Notes under the pieces: generated by a model
Databases searched by the model: none
What the model was told of the DNA's origin: nothing
The model's input: the letters and a program-made list of their open reading frames with translations, nothing else
Shown here: piece by piece, positions 30,996 to 40,012 of the stretch
Layout of the letters: each line of letters opens with the position of its first letter
How positions within the stretch are numbered: the stretch's first letter is position 1
Translations under genes and position numbers: made by a program
NCBI GenBank assembly: GCA_937127165.1
Contig: CAKZLR010000051.1
Location: 1 to 53,473 of the forward strand
Length of the DNA stretch: 53,473 nucleotides
Source: an uncultured Candidatus Peregrinibacteria bacterium
GTDB taxonomy: Bacteria > Patescibacteriota > JACMRA01
Direction: 5' to 3'

Positions 30996-31416
30996 AGAAT
31001 ATAATATTTTGTTAGTTTTAGTAAAAAAAACATTTTTTAAAAAACTTTTTTGTAAAAAAGTCAACAGATTAGACTATACCCCAACTTTACAAAAAAATTT
31101 TAATTTTTGCCCTATTTTGAGATAATACTTTTTAGATTTAAAATCCTACTTTTACCCAATTTAAAATTTAAAGAAAGATAAATTTTCTGACAAATTTATC
31201 TACAAGTATCTACAAGTTGCCATTTTTTGTAAGCTTCGAATACTAAAGTTAGTTTTCTTAAAAAGAATCAATTAATTCATAAGCATAAGAAGATGCATAA
31301 ATTACAAATGCAAATAACTTAGCTAAGTATTGATATTTTCTATTTTCTAGGATTCTCATCAAAAAGACGTTTTACAACAAAAGCAAAGTTTAGAATTTAA
31401 CTCAACTATCTAAAAC

Positions 31417-32115
31417 TTAAATATAACCACCAATTTGCCAGTATTGATACAAGAGCCAGATATTCAGAATCCATAAAATTAATCCCAAAATTGACTCGAT
31501 TATACTGTTGGTGCGAAACAATTTTAATCCAAATTTGTGTTTGATTGGCCAGAACAAAGGAATTCCTTCTTTGGTTAAAAAATCTCCAAGTAAATGCACA
31601 ACATAACCAAAAAATATAAACCACAACCCAGTAATTAGGTTTTGAATTTCAAAAGAAAAATGATAGATTCTACCTAGCCATACAAGTAAAACAAGAAAAA
31701 CAATCAAACTAGCTAGACCAATTTGTTTTTTACTGAAAAAATTACCACTAAATTTTTGAATTTGAATTAGAGAATTTTGAAATATAGCAAAACCGAACCA
31801 GGCTCCCACAAAAGCAAAGTACAAAAGTATTATTGGTAAAATTTGATCAAAAAACCGTAGACCTAAATCAATCAGTGTAATCAAAAGATAAAGAATAACT
31901 ACGGCCAGTAGACTGTGTGTCACTCCGCGGTGCCTGAGCAGTTTTGTAATAATCGGAATTTTTTTGCTTATTTGGCTATTAGGGTGATCTATGTCGGGCA
32001 GCAAGGAGCCTACAATTACAAATAAAATCAGGGGCAACCAAAAGGGTTTGTTAAGTAGTAGACTAGCTCCAATAACGGTAGCAGTGGCTGAAGTTGTGTG
32101 ATTAATAGCAAGCAT
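31417..32115 (-). CDS. YdjM-like membrane-bound metal-dependent hydrolase
   Basis: N-terminal His, GSLLPDIDH, HRGVTHS, GYVVHLLGDFLT..GIPLFWP. Confidence 0.88.
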   Translation of the reverse strand: MLAINHTTSATATVIGASLLLNKPFWLPLILFVIVGSLLPDIDHPNSQISKKIPIITKLLRHRGVTHSLLAVVILYLLITLIDLGLRFFDQILPIILLYFAFVGAWFGFAIFQNSLIQIQKFSGNFFSKKQIGLASLIVFLVLLVWLGRIYHFSFEIQNLITGLWFIFFGYVVHLLGDFLTKEGIPLFWPIKHKFGLKLFRTNSIIESILGLILWILNIWLLYQYWQIGGYI

Positions 32116-32328
32116 TTGATTGTATTTAATTTAAAATAATATTGTAAATTTTTCGCAATTTGATTAGTTGACGAATGATTTTTAATGAAATAAGTGTTTT
32201 GATTTTTGTATAGAACTGTATAAAATTGATTAAATCAAAGTTTTTCCCCTAATCCTGAATTATATAAAAAAATTATGTAAAATTAATTGTAAAATTAATA
32301 ATTTTAATAACTGGAATTTTTAAGTAAT

Positions 32329-33282
32329 TTAAATCCAATAGACAATACCAAAAATTAAACTTGCCAGACAAATTCTGTAAACAATAAACACTCTAGCACT
32401 ATTAGTAGCAAGATATTTAAGAAGCCATTTTAGACAAATTAAACCAAAAAGATAAGCCAATAAAAATGCTATAATTAAACTAATTAACGACAAATCAATA
32501 GTGTTTTCTGACCAATTCTGAATATTGGGTAAAATAAAGTTTGATTTTTGTGACATTTCTTTAATTATTTTTATTAAGTCATAAACTCCTGCTAGTCCAA
32601 GTGCGGGAATAGAAAGTAAGAAAGAAAATCTGACCGATTCTTGGCGATTTCTTCCCAAAAATAAAGCGCCTGCTAAAGTCGCTCCACTACGGGAAATACC
32701 GGGGAAAACAGCTAAACACTGACATCCCCCAATCACTAATACTTCCCAAACACCCATTTTGCTAGGTTTTAAAGAGTTTTTTCTGTTTTTATGGACAAGT
32801 TCACTGATTGAAATGAGTAACCCTCCTGCTAGGAGAAAATAGGCGATATTAAGAATATTTTCTCTCAATAATTCCACTTGATCTCGCACTAATAAAGCAA
32901 AAATTACAATAGGTAGAGTAGCGATTATCACCTGTGCAATTAAAATATCTAAATCTGCTTCTTTTTCGTCTCTAAAATTTGACTTGCCGGTTATCCAAGT
33001 AGTGATATTGTGACAACACTCACTAAAATCTTTTTTGCTGGAAAAAACTTTTATAATATGCAGAAACAAGTTTCTAAGTTCTGGCCAAAAATATTGTAAA
33101 ATAGCCACCAGAGTACCCATCTGAATTAGGTTGCTGGCGGCTAAGCCAATATCTTTGTGCACTAAAAATTCGGAAATTAACCTAAGATGAGCGGTTGAAG
33201 AGATGGGTAAAAATTCGGTTATTCCTTGAACTATGCCTAGTATTATAGCTAATAATAGCTCGTTAAGAGTGGAAAAACTCAT
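32329..33282 (-). CDS. uppP: undecaprenyl-diphosphate phosphatase (BacA/UppP)
   Basis: GIVQGITEFLPISSTAHL, QMGTLVA, PGISRSGAT, FSFLLSIP. Confidence 0.96.
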   Translation of the reverse strand: MSFSTLNELLLAIILGIVQGITEFLPISSTAHLRLISEFLVHKDIGLAASNLIQMGTLVAILQYFWPELRNLFLHIIKVFSSKKDFSECCHNITTWITGKSNFRDEKEADLDILIAQVIIATLPIVIFALLVRDQVELLRENILNIAYFLLAGGLLISISELVHKNRKNSLKPSKMGVWEVLVIGGCQCLAVFPGISRSGATLAGALFLGRNRQESVRFSFLLSIPALGLAGVYDLIKIIKEMSQKSNFILPNIQNWSENTIDLSLISLIIAFLLAYLFGLICLKWLLKYLATNSARVFIVYRICLASLIFGIVYWI

Positions 33283-33404
33283 AAAAATGAGTTAATAACA
33301 GACTTTTTATAGCTTTTGTCAATTATCTTATCTAATAAAAGACTACACACTATCTAACAGAAAATAGATTTTTAGTTTGGTAATCCTTTGAAATTATTAC
33401 CAAA

Positions 33405-34223
33405 TTAATCAAACCACTTAAGATTTTCTAAGATGTACTCTAATACCCAATTTTTGTTTATAATCACTTTTTTAACTCCTACTTTAGCCATTTTACGACC
33501 ACAGTCTTTACATGACCACCAATGTCCAGTTAGATAACAAGTAGAATCTTTTAATTGCTCTAATTTTTCTAGATTTGCAGGATTAGCTATTGCTTTGTCG
33601 AAATCTTGTTCGTTGTTAACCCCAAAAAAATCGTACAAAGCTTTTGCTTCCGAATGGTTGTCTTCATGGCTGCCCGGGTTTAGTTCATACCCAGTACCAC
33701 TAGGGATGGTAATAAATTGTTTGAGAGCTTCTCGCACATCCAGACCACTTCCTTCCAACACTTTTGGTAAGTTTTGTTTAATTTTTTGAATTTTAGAATC
33801 TTCGAGATTGTACATACTTTGAAGCATAGACCACCACTTTTGGTCTGTGGGAGTTTGCATAATATGTTTAGAAACATCCTGAGCGGTGGCGGTTATAACT
33901 TGATTGTCTTTGACAAACATTGAACCAGTTAGAAAGCAACCTTTGTATCCAAATTTAGTTCTTTGTTCAGTTATTAGTTTTTGTAATACTTCGAAGTATG
34001 GACTGACAGAATATTCTAACTCAAATTTACCCCAGAATGGTTGATAAATCCAAAATTCAAGATTTTGACGATTTTCCATTGTTTGGACTGTTTTATGCAA
34101 AAATAAACATTGTTGCAATTCAGGGATTTTGTTGGTTTGAATAAGTGTTTCGACTTTATAACTTAGAATCACTAATTTTAGCCCTTTGATATTTTTTTGG
34201 GATATAGTGTATGTTGGTTGCAT
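33405..34223 (-). CDS. zinc-dependent cytidine/dCMP deaminase-like protein with unknown N-terminal region
   Basis: IPSGTGYEL....EDNHSEAKAL (HxE) and YLTGHWWSCKDC (CxxC), followed by M.KVGVKKVII. Start moved to ATG 34223. Confidence 0.7.
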   Translation of the reverse strand: MQPTYTISQKNIKGLKLVILSYKVETLIQTNKIPELQQCLFLHKTVQTMENRQNLEFWIYQPFWGKFELEYSVSPYFEVLQKLITEQRTKFGYKGCFLTGSMFVKDNQVITATAQDVSKHIMQTPTDQKWWSMLQSMYNLEDSKIQKIKQNLPKVLEGSGLDVREALKQFITIPSGTGYELNPGSHEDNHSEAKALYDFFGVNNEQDFDKAIANPANLEKLEQLKDSTCYLTGHWWSCKDCGRKMAKVGVKKVIINKNWVLEYILENLKWFD

Positions 34224-35283
34224 AATTTTTCGTTTTAAAAGACAAACCAATATCACTGAGTATTTTTACCCAAATGTTTTTTGCTGATATGATTTTGAGT
34301 TCTAAATTTTAGTTAGATTTAACGGTGCAAGTGATATCCATAAGTTTAGAATAAAGTAAAATTAAGTCAAGAGGGTAATTTTTAAATTTTGTCATAAAAC
34401 AAGGTAGCTATTTTTTTCTTTGAGGTAAAGTTGATAAAACGAATAGGTTACAAAAGTAGTACCAGTCATTTCTAAAGGTTCTTCCAAAACAACCCGCATA
34501 AAAATTTTACAGGTAGCAAATAACCGTCGGTTTGTCTAGTTTTATAAAAGGTACCCCTAATAGCAACAAAAAACCAAAAAGAGTAAGTTCTCAGGAACCT
34601 GTATCTCACATTTTCCCAAGTCTTATAAGTAAAGAATAAAAGTAGGAATGATAATAAAAAATGTGGCTCCTTCGATGGTTATATAAATAAGCAAATTAAA
34701 AAACAAAAACAGAACCAAAAATTACCATTTTCCCAAAAATCTTTTTATTTAAAGTAGTAATATGTATGAAGACCAAAAAATCAAAAAATAAAAGTTTTAA
34801 CTCTTAATAGACAGTTGAGATATTTGACTCCAAATCTTAAAAACCGACTAATAACCGACTAATATTGGGAAACAGTAAAATGTAAGTTTATTAAAATCAA
34901 GTCAAAAGCTAAAAAACCATAACAACCTGTTTTTAGCAAAAAAGTTTAGAGACATCCATATAAACCAGACCAAAATTAAGGCACAATGTTTTTGACAAAA
35001 AACAGACTAGCTAAAAATATTAATCGTTGTCAAACTTCTTACAAGTGAGACTAAGTTGTAAACTTGGTTCACTAAAGCCTTGTCCTTCTTTATTTATTGT
35101 TTGGAAGTTTTGTATGGTTTTTTACTTGATAAGCTTAGGTCTTTATCCGACTTTAGTAAAATTAATAAGCCGAATTTAAGTAAAGTACAACTTTTTGTGG
35201 GTCTGTTTGTGAATATTGTTTTTTTAAATTTTAATTTTTTGGTTTTTAGAAATTTGCAGATATTTTAGATTTTGTATTCTAAC

Positions 35284-36489
35284 TTAAAAATTAACTATTA
35301 GTCCATATCTATGAACAAAATTTACTGTTTCTAAATCAAAGTTATCTAAAATCAAATCACTTACTTCAATTCTGTTTACCTTTAAGCCTTTTGTAGTAAA
35401 AAAACTTTCCCAAAAAATAAAATCTGTAGTATAAAAAAAGTATTGAGCGTATTCTCTACCAAGGAATAAAGGTGGTATTTCTAGGCTTCCTTCGGGTAGT
35501 CTTCCTAGCTTTTTGATCAAAATATCATATAATTTTCGGGGATCAGCAAAACTGTTGGTTTCTTTTTGAAAGATCTGAACATCATAAAAAAACAAATCAA
35601 GCAATTCTCCTTGCATCACAAAATTTATTTGTTTAGACATTTCTTGAATAGCTTCTTGATACTTTTTGAATTTGGTGTGGATGTATATGTTGGTATACAA
35701 TTGTTTTGTCCAAAAACCTTTGAATAGATTATATTTTTTATATTTTTCTAGTAAGGCAAATAGATAAGCTTCCAAAAACAGTTTCTTTTCTTCATAGTGG
35801 TCTATTTGTGCTATCTTCAAGATTTTTATGTCATTTGCCGATACTTTTTGCCAACCCAAAAAACAATGGAATTTTGCTAGTTTACAAGTTTCTGTAAAAT
35901 CTTCCAACCCCAAGTCAATTTTATCTATTTCAACTTTCCAGATAAAATAATCAGCTACTTGAGCCAAAATTAAATTTTTTAACTCGTTGTTGATCTTAAA
36001 AATATCGGCAAAGACTAGTGTTTTAATGTTTGGTTTTATTTTTTTGATTTCATTTATGCCTTCCAGGATGTCTCGACACAATCCGTTTTGTACATAAAAA
36101 ACCACCAAATCTACTGTGACTTCTGATTGTAGAAAATTTTTAAGCAGAGTAGTGTTCCAGTGAAGAGTGCTTTTTTCAATGTCTAGACTCACCAATTCAG
36201 TTCTTGCAGACAACCAACTCACTAGTTCTTCTGGGCATAAAGGATGAATTAGTACTTGCTTAAAACTTAGTTGTTTATTCAAAAGGTGTTGCAGACAACT
36301 CGGTAAATCACAAAAAGCTTTTAGGGTAAAAAACTCTGAAGTATCCACTTCTTGTGAATCACTAGCAAGGATTTTTTCAACAAAACGTTTTAGAAAAACA
36401 CTATGTTCTACTAAGTCAAGCTTGAGAGTGTTGATAACAATTTCAATTTTCTGCCAAATTTGAGTTGAATTTAGTGTGCTACCTTTCAC
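35284..36489 (-). CDS. hypothetical protein, probably a degenerate DegT-like PLP-fold paralog
   Basis: KQVLIHPLC...LVSLDIEKSTLHW...VDLVVFYVQNGL aligns by eye with SQVLIQGFSC...PVVCDIEPQTFNF...TKAWIVQHTFG of 6137..7450. DCAH and the PLP-Lys motif are absent. Confidence 0.55.
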   Translation of the reverse strand: MKGSTLNSTQIWQKIEIVINTLKLDLVEHSVFLKRFVEKILASDSQEVDTSEFFTLKAFCDLPSCLQHLLNKQLSFKQVLIHPLCPEELVSWLSARTELVSLDIEKSTLHWNTTLLKNFLQSEVTVDLVVFYVQNGLCRDILEGINEIKKIKPNIKTLVFADIFKINNELKNLILAQVADYFIWKVEIDKIDLGLEDFTETCKLAKFHCFLGWQKVSANDIKILKIAQIDHYEEKKLFLEAYLFALLEKYKKYNLFKGFWTKQLYTNIYIHTKFKKYQEAIQEMSKQINFVMQGELLDLFFYDVQIFQKETNSFADPRKLYDILIKKLGRLPEGSLEIPPLFLGREYAQYFFYTTDFIFWESFFTTKGLKVNRIEVSDLILDNFDLETVNFVHRYGLIVNF

Positions 36490-36577
36490 GGTCTTTTAAG
36501 TTAAAAGTTCTGTCTAATAATTAACATTTTTTTTAAAGAAACTTAAGTCAACAAGCTAATACTTTAATTAAGCTTAG

Positions 36578-38719
36578 TCAACATTCATCAACTTTAATTC
36601 TTTTAATCGCCAAAAGTTCAAACGGGCTAGGAGATTTAGTTTTACCTGATAGATTGACTCGAAGTGGCCAGAGGTAGGATCCTGTATCCCTATTACCCTC
36701 TTTTAGCCAATTTTTAATTCTATTTTCCCACTCATTTATTAAGTTTGTTATCTGTTCTTTGATTTGTCTTTCTAGTTCAATAATTCTATTGATTTTAGGG
36801 TTAAAATTTGGAGTAAAAACCGGGGTCAGAGCAATGTATTCTTTAGTAGTTTGGTATAATCTGTCCTGTAAAATTTTTAGTTCTGGTTTTTGAGTTGTTA
36901 TAAATTTTAGAATCTCTTCAAGATTAGCTTGACTTTCCTCGATAGTTATTTTTTTCCATCTAAGATCTTCTAGATTTGGCGGTTTGTAATACAAAATACA
37001 ATCCGATTCACTACCAATTTCACTTAACACGGTAATTCGGTTTTTGTCTAAAATATAAGCTAAATAATGTTCGATAATCTTCTCAGTTGGTTCAAAACAG
37101 GGTAGATGGTTAGAAACACAAAAGTTTTGCCATAAAGAAAATTTAATAAATCTGTTTTGCTCTATAACAGAGGCTAAATCAACCCAGTCATAAAACCATT
37201 CATTCATACTATCTGGTAGTTTTTGGGGTTTTATGTCAGTAATCGCCAAAGGATATACATAAAAAAACATCTGTTTACCAGTCCAACTCTCGCCATCGTG
37301 ATACACAAAAGGTTTGTTTATGAAAATATTTTCTAAACTCATGATTTTGTCTTTTTCTAAAACTAATTGATCCAAAGACTCTTCTTTTACTTCTCTTATT
37401 AAAGAGTCTATGGGGTCACCTTCTCTACCTCCACCAAGTGGGTAATAAAGCCCGTCTCCAGGCATTCTTTCATCGTATGTCATATAGACCTTCTGCTCAT
37501 CGAAATCAACCAAATAAACATAATCACCAATTCTAGCTTTGTTGGTTTTATCTTGAATTAGACGGTTTTTATCAGATAAAAATACAAATTCCTTCAAAGT
37601 TAACATTTTGATATACTCACGATTAAACCAATTAAGTTTTTCTAAACTAAAGCGGGCAGGGGCTTTGGATAATTTAGAAACATCAAACTCTTTAGAGATA
37701 TTATGAAGCAATTTTTCAATTCTTCGCTCTTGGTTAAGTGTTTGAAAATCTTGTGGTTCTAGATATAATTCTTGTTCGGTTCCAGGATTCCACCCTAAAA
37801 AAGCTAGATAATTGAGAATAGCTTCGGGTAAATAACCTTTGTCTAAATAATCTTGCATGTTAACATTACCGTCTCTCTTGCTAAGTTTTTTGGTGCCGGT
37901 TTCTGCTAGTATAAAAGGAATATGCAGATATTTAGGCCCACATCCCCAATAATCCAAAAACATGGTTTGATGTTTGGCTATAGAAGGATACCATTCCTGA
38001 GCTCTAAAAACCAAAGTTGTTTCCATTAAATAATCATCTACAAGATGAGCTAAATGATAGGTTGGAAAACCGTCTGACTTGAGAATTATGAAGTCTTCTT
38101 CTAAGTTCAAATCAAATTCACTTTGCCCCATTAGCTCATCTAGACACCTAATTTTATCATCTCTTTGAATACGGTATCGTAAAACTGGTTTTAAAGGATC
38201 GTTTAGCCCGCTTTGTACAGATTGAAATAGCAAATCCTCACCACTTTTTTCTAGACTTATTTTGAAATAATTAATCGGTTTTTTGTTGATCTTTTTGATT
38301 TCTTGCAACTCGTTTTTTTCTTCTTCGGTTAAGTATGACCAATAAGCTAATCTTTTGTCTATCAGTCTTTGGCTGTGTTCGTGATATAAGGGTAACCTTT
38401 GAGATTGAATATAAGGACCATACTGACCAGTTTGATAAACTCCATAAAAATCATCTGGACCAGAAATTTCATCGTATTTTTTGTAAGAATTGACCAAAGT
38501 TATGCCTTCATCAGGCAAAAGATATAACTGGCTTAAACTTTCTAATAATTTTCTAGCCGAGTCTTTCTGAAGTCTAGTGCGGTCGGTATCCTCTAATCGG
38601 AGGTAGTAGGTTCCCTGTTCTTTAAGAGCAAAAAGTTTGGTGAACAAAATTTGTCTGGTCGTACCAAGATGTAGATAACCTGTGGGTGATGGAGCTTGTC
38701 GGATGCGAAAGTTGGCCAT
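36578..38719 (-). CDS. gltX: glutamate--tRNA ligase with inserted NUDIX domain
   Basis: RQAPSPTGYLHLG (HIGH), LRLEDTD, GPYIQSQR, KSDGFPTYH, KKLSKR (KMSKS), LWPLRV.LSGK..SPSPFE; insert containing GGGREGDPIDSLIREVKEES. Start moved to ATG 38719. Confidence 0.94.
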   Translation of the reverse strand: MANFRIRQAPSPTGYLHLGTTRQILFTKLFALKEQGTYYLRLEDTDRTRLQKDSARKLLESLSQLYLLPDEGITLVNSYKKYDEISGPDDFYGVYQTGQYGPYIQSQRLPLYHEHSQRLIDKRLAYWSYLTEEEKNELQEIKKINKKPINYFKISLEKSGEDLLFQSVQSGLNDPLKPVLRYRIQRDDKIRCLDELMGQSEFDLNLEEDFIILKSDGFPTYHLAHLVDDYLMETTLVFRAQEWYPSIAKHQTMFLDYWGCGPKYLHIPFILAETGTKKLSKRDGNVNMQDYLDKGYLPEAILNYLAFLGWNPGTEQELYLEPQDFQTLNQERRIEKLLHNISKEFDVSKLSKAPARFSLEKLNWFNREYIKMLTLKEFVFLSDKNRLIQDKTNKARIGDYVYLVDFDEQKVYMTYDERMPGDGLYYPLGGGREGDPIDSLIREVKEESLDQLVLEKDKIMSLENIFINKPFVYHDGESWTGKQMFFYVYPLAITDIKPQKLPDSMNEWFYDWVDLASVIEQNRFIKFSLWQNFCVSNHLPCFEPTEKIIEHYLAYILDKNRITVLSEIGSESDCILYYKPPNLEDLRWKKITIEESQANLEEILKFITTQKPELKILQDRLYQTTKEYIALTPVFTPNFNPKINRIIELERQIKEQITNLINEWENRIKNWLKEGNRDTGSYLWPLRVNLSGKTKSPSPFELLAIKRIKVDEC

Positions 38720-38879
38720 AAATCGACTATGAAAAAGCTTTGAAAAAACTGTTGTCAAGATTAATCATAATTACTTGTTTTATAAGTTATAAACTTAATT
38801 TTTGCAAAAGGTAGAATTACACCGAATTGACATTAGTTATATTTTATGATATATCGGACCGATATAGTCTTTCATTTCT

Positions 38880-39413
38880 ATGAAATATGTAGATAGTTTA
38901 GTATCATCCGGTTTTACATATAATAAAAATAGTAAAAGTTTTATCGAGGCTAGGGTTGCAGTCTCCGATTCAGAGTATGATCTGATTCATAAAGTGTTTT
39001 ATCAAATAATTAAAAATTATGGGTTTTTAAATATTGAACAACAACAGGATCTTAAAAGAGTAAAAAAACTGATGCCAAGATTTTTTAAAGATTGGAGACA
39101 CAAAGAAATAGAAAAAGAAGCCAAGAACTTGCTATTAAAAGAAGCCTTTAGATTAAATGCTACAGGTTTTGAGGACTTTTTCCCTAATTTAAAAATATTC
39201 CTGAAAAAATTAACTATTCAATCTATTTTTGAACAATTATATATTGCTCTCACATATAGTAAGATAATATATAATATCTATAAACTCGATTTCGTGACTA
39301 GAATTTATTTAGAAAAAATGTCCATCGTTTTTGATTTACTGTCTCCTTTTTTAACTCAAGAACAGATAACCAAGTGGCAACAAAACATCGCTCCCAAACT
39401 AAAAAGGTTTTAG
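38880..39413 (+). CDS. hypothetical protein
   Basis: 177 aa ORF preceded by a TTGACA box; no motif recognised. Confidence 0.6.
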   Translation: MKYVDSLVSSGFTYNKNSKSFIEARVAVSDSEYDLIHKVFYQIIKNYGFLNIEQQQDLKRVKKLMPRFFKDWRHKEIEKEAKNLLLKEAFRLNATGFEDFFPNLKIFLKKLTIQSIFEQLYIALTYSKIIYNIYKLDFVTRIYLEKMSIVFDLLSPFLTQEQITKWQQNIAPKLKRF

Positions 39414-39537
39414 AAATGCGAAGATAAGTAAATATTGAACCACAAAAAAATACCAAATTTCTCGTCTAGCTCTACTAATACTTGCTTTTGTTTTATATCA
39501 ATGTTTCTAGCAACAAGCCCTAATATCTACAAAAATT

Positions 39538-39840
39538 CTAGTTTTGATTTGAACCGGAAAGTCTGTTTCGAATATTATTAACAGCTATAGTTTTTTTGTA
39601 TCTGGAGAGACTGATAGAAGACAGATATCTGAGCAATTTTGCTCTTTTTCCAACTTTTTTCAGCAAACCAACCCTAGAAGAATAGTCTTTTGGATTTTTT
39701 TTGAGGTGATCTGTAAGGTTGTTAATTTCTGCGGTAAGAATAGCAATTTGTACTTCAGGAGAACCTGTATCATCGTCATGAATTTGATTTTTTTGAATTA
39801 TATTGCTTTTGTCGGCTAGAATTTTTTTACTGCTTGACAT
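39538..39840 (-). CDS. rpsO: 30S ribosomal protein S15
   Basis: HDDDTGSPEVQIAILT..I..LT.HLK.NPKDYSSRVGLLKKVGKR.KLLRYL. Confidence 0.98.
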   Translation of the reverse strand: MSSSKKILADKSNIIQKNQIHDDDTGSPEVQIAILTAEINNLTDHLKKNPKDYSSRVGLLKKVGKRAKLLRYLSSISLSRYKKTIAVNNIRNRLSGSNQN

Positions 39841-40012
39841 ACTAAAATATTTTAAACGTTTGATGGTTATTATGGGTTATTAGGCAATTTGCTTTAGCAA
39901 AAGCTAAAGCTTGACGAGCTCGTTTGTTGACAAACAAACCAAACTTGTGTTATTTTGTCAATAACAATATTAGCTTGGTTAGGATTGAGTCAATCTTTTT
40001 TATTTTATATCT

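Noticed and set aside
34380..35060. Possible decayed membrane-protein gene on the minus strand
   Set aside because: Hydrophobic fragments are interrupted by stops, but no family is recognisable; BLASTx would be needed.
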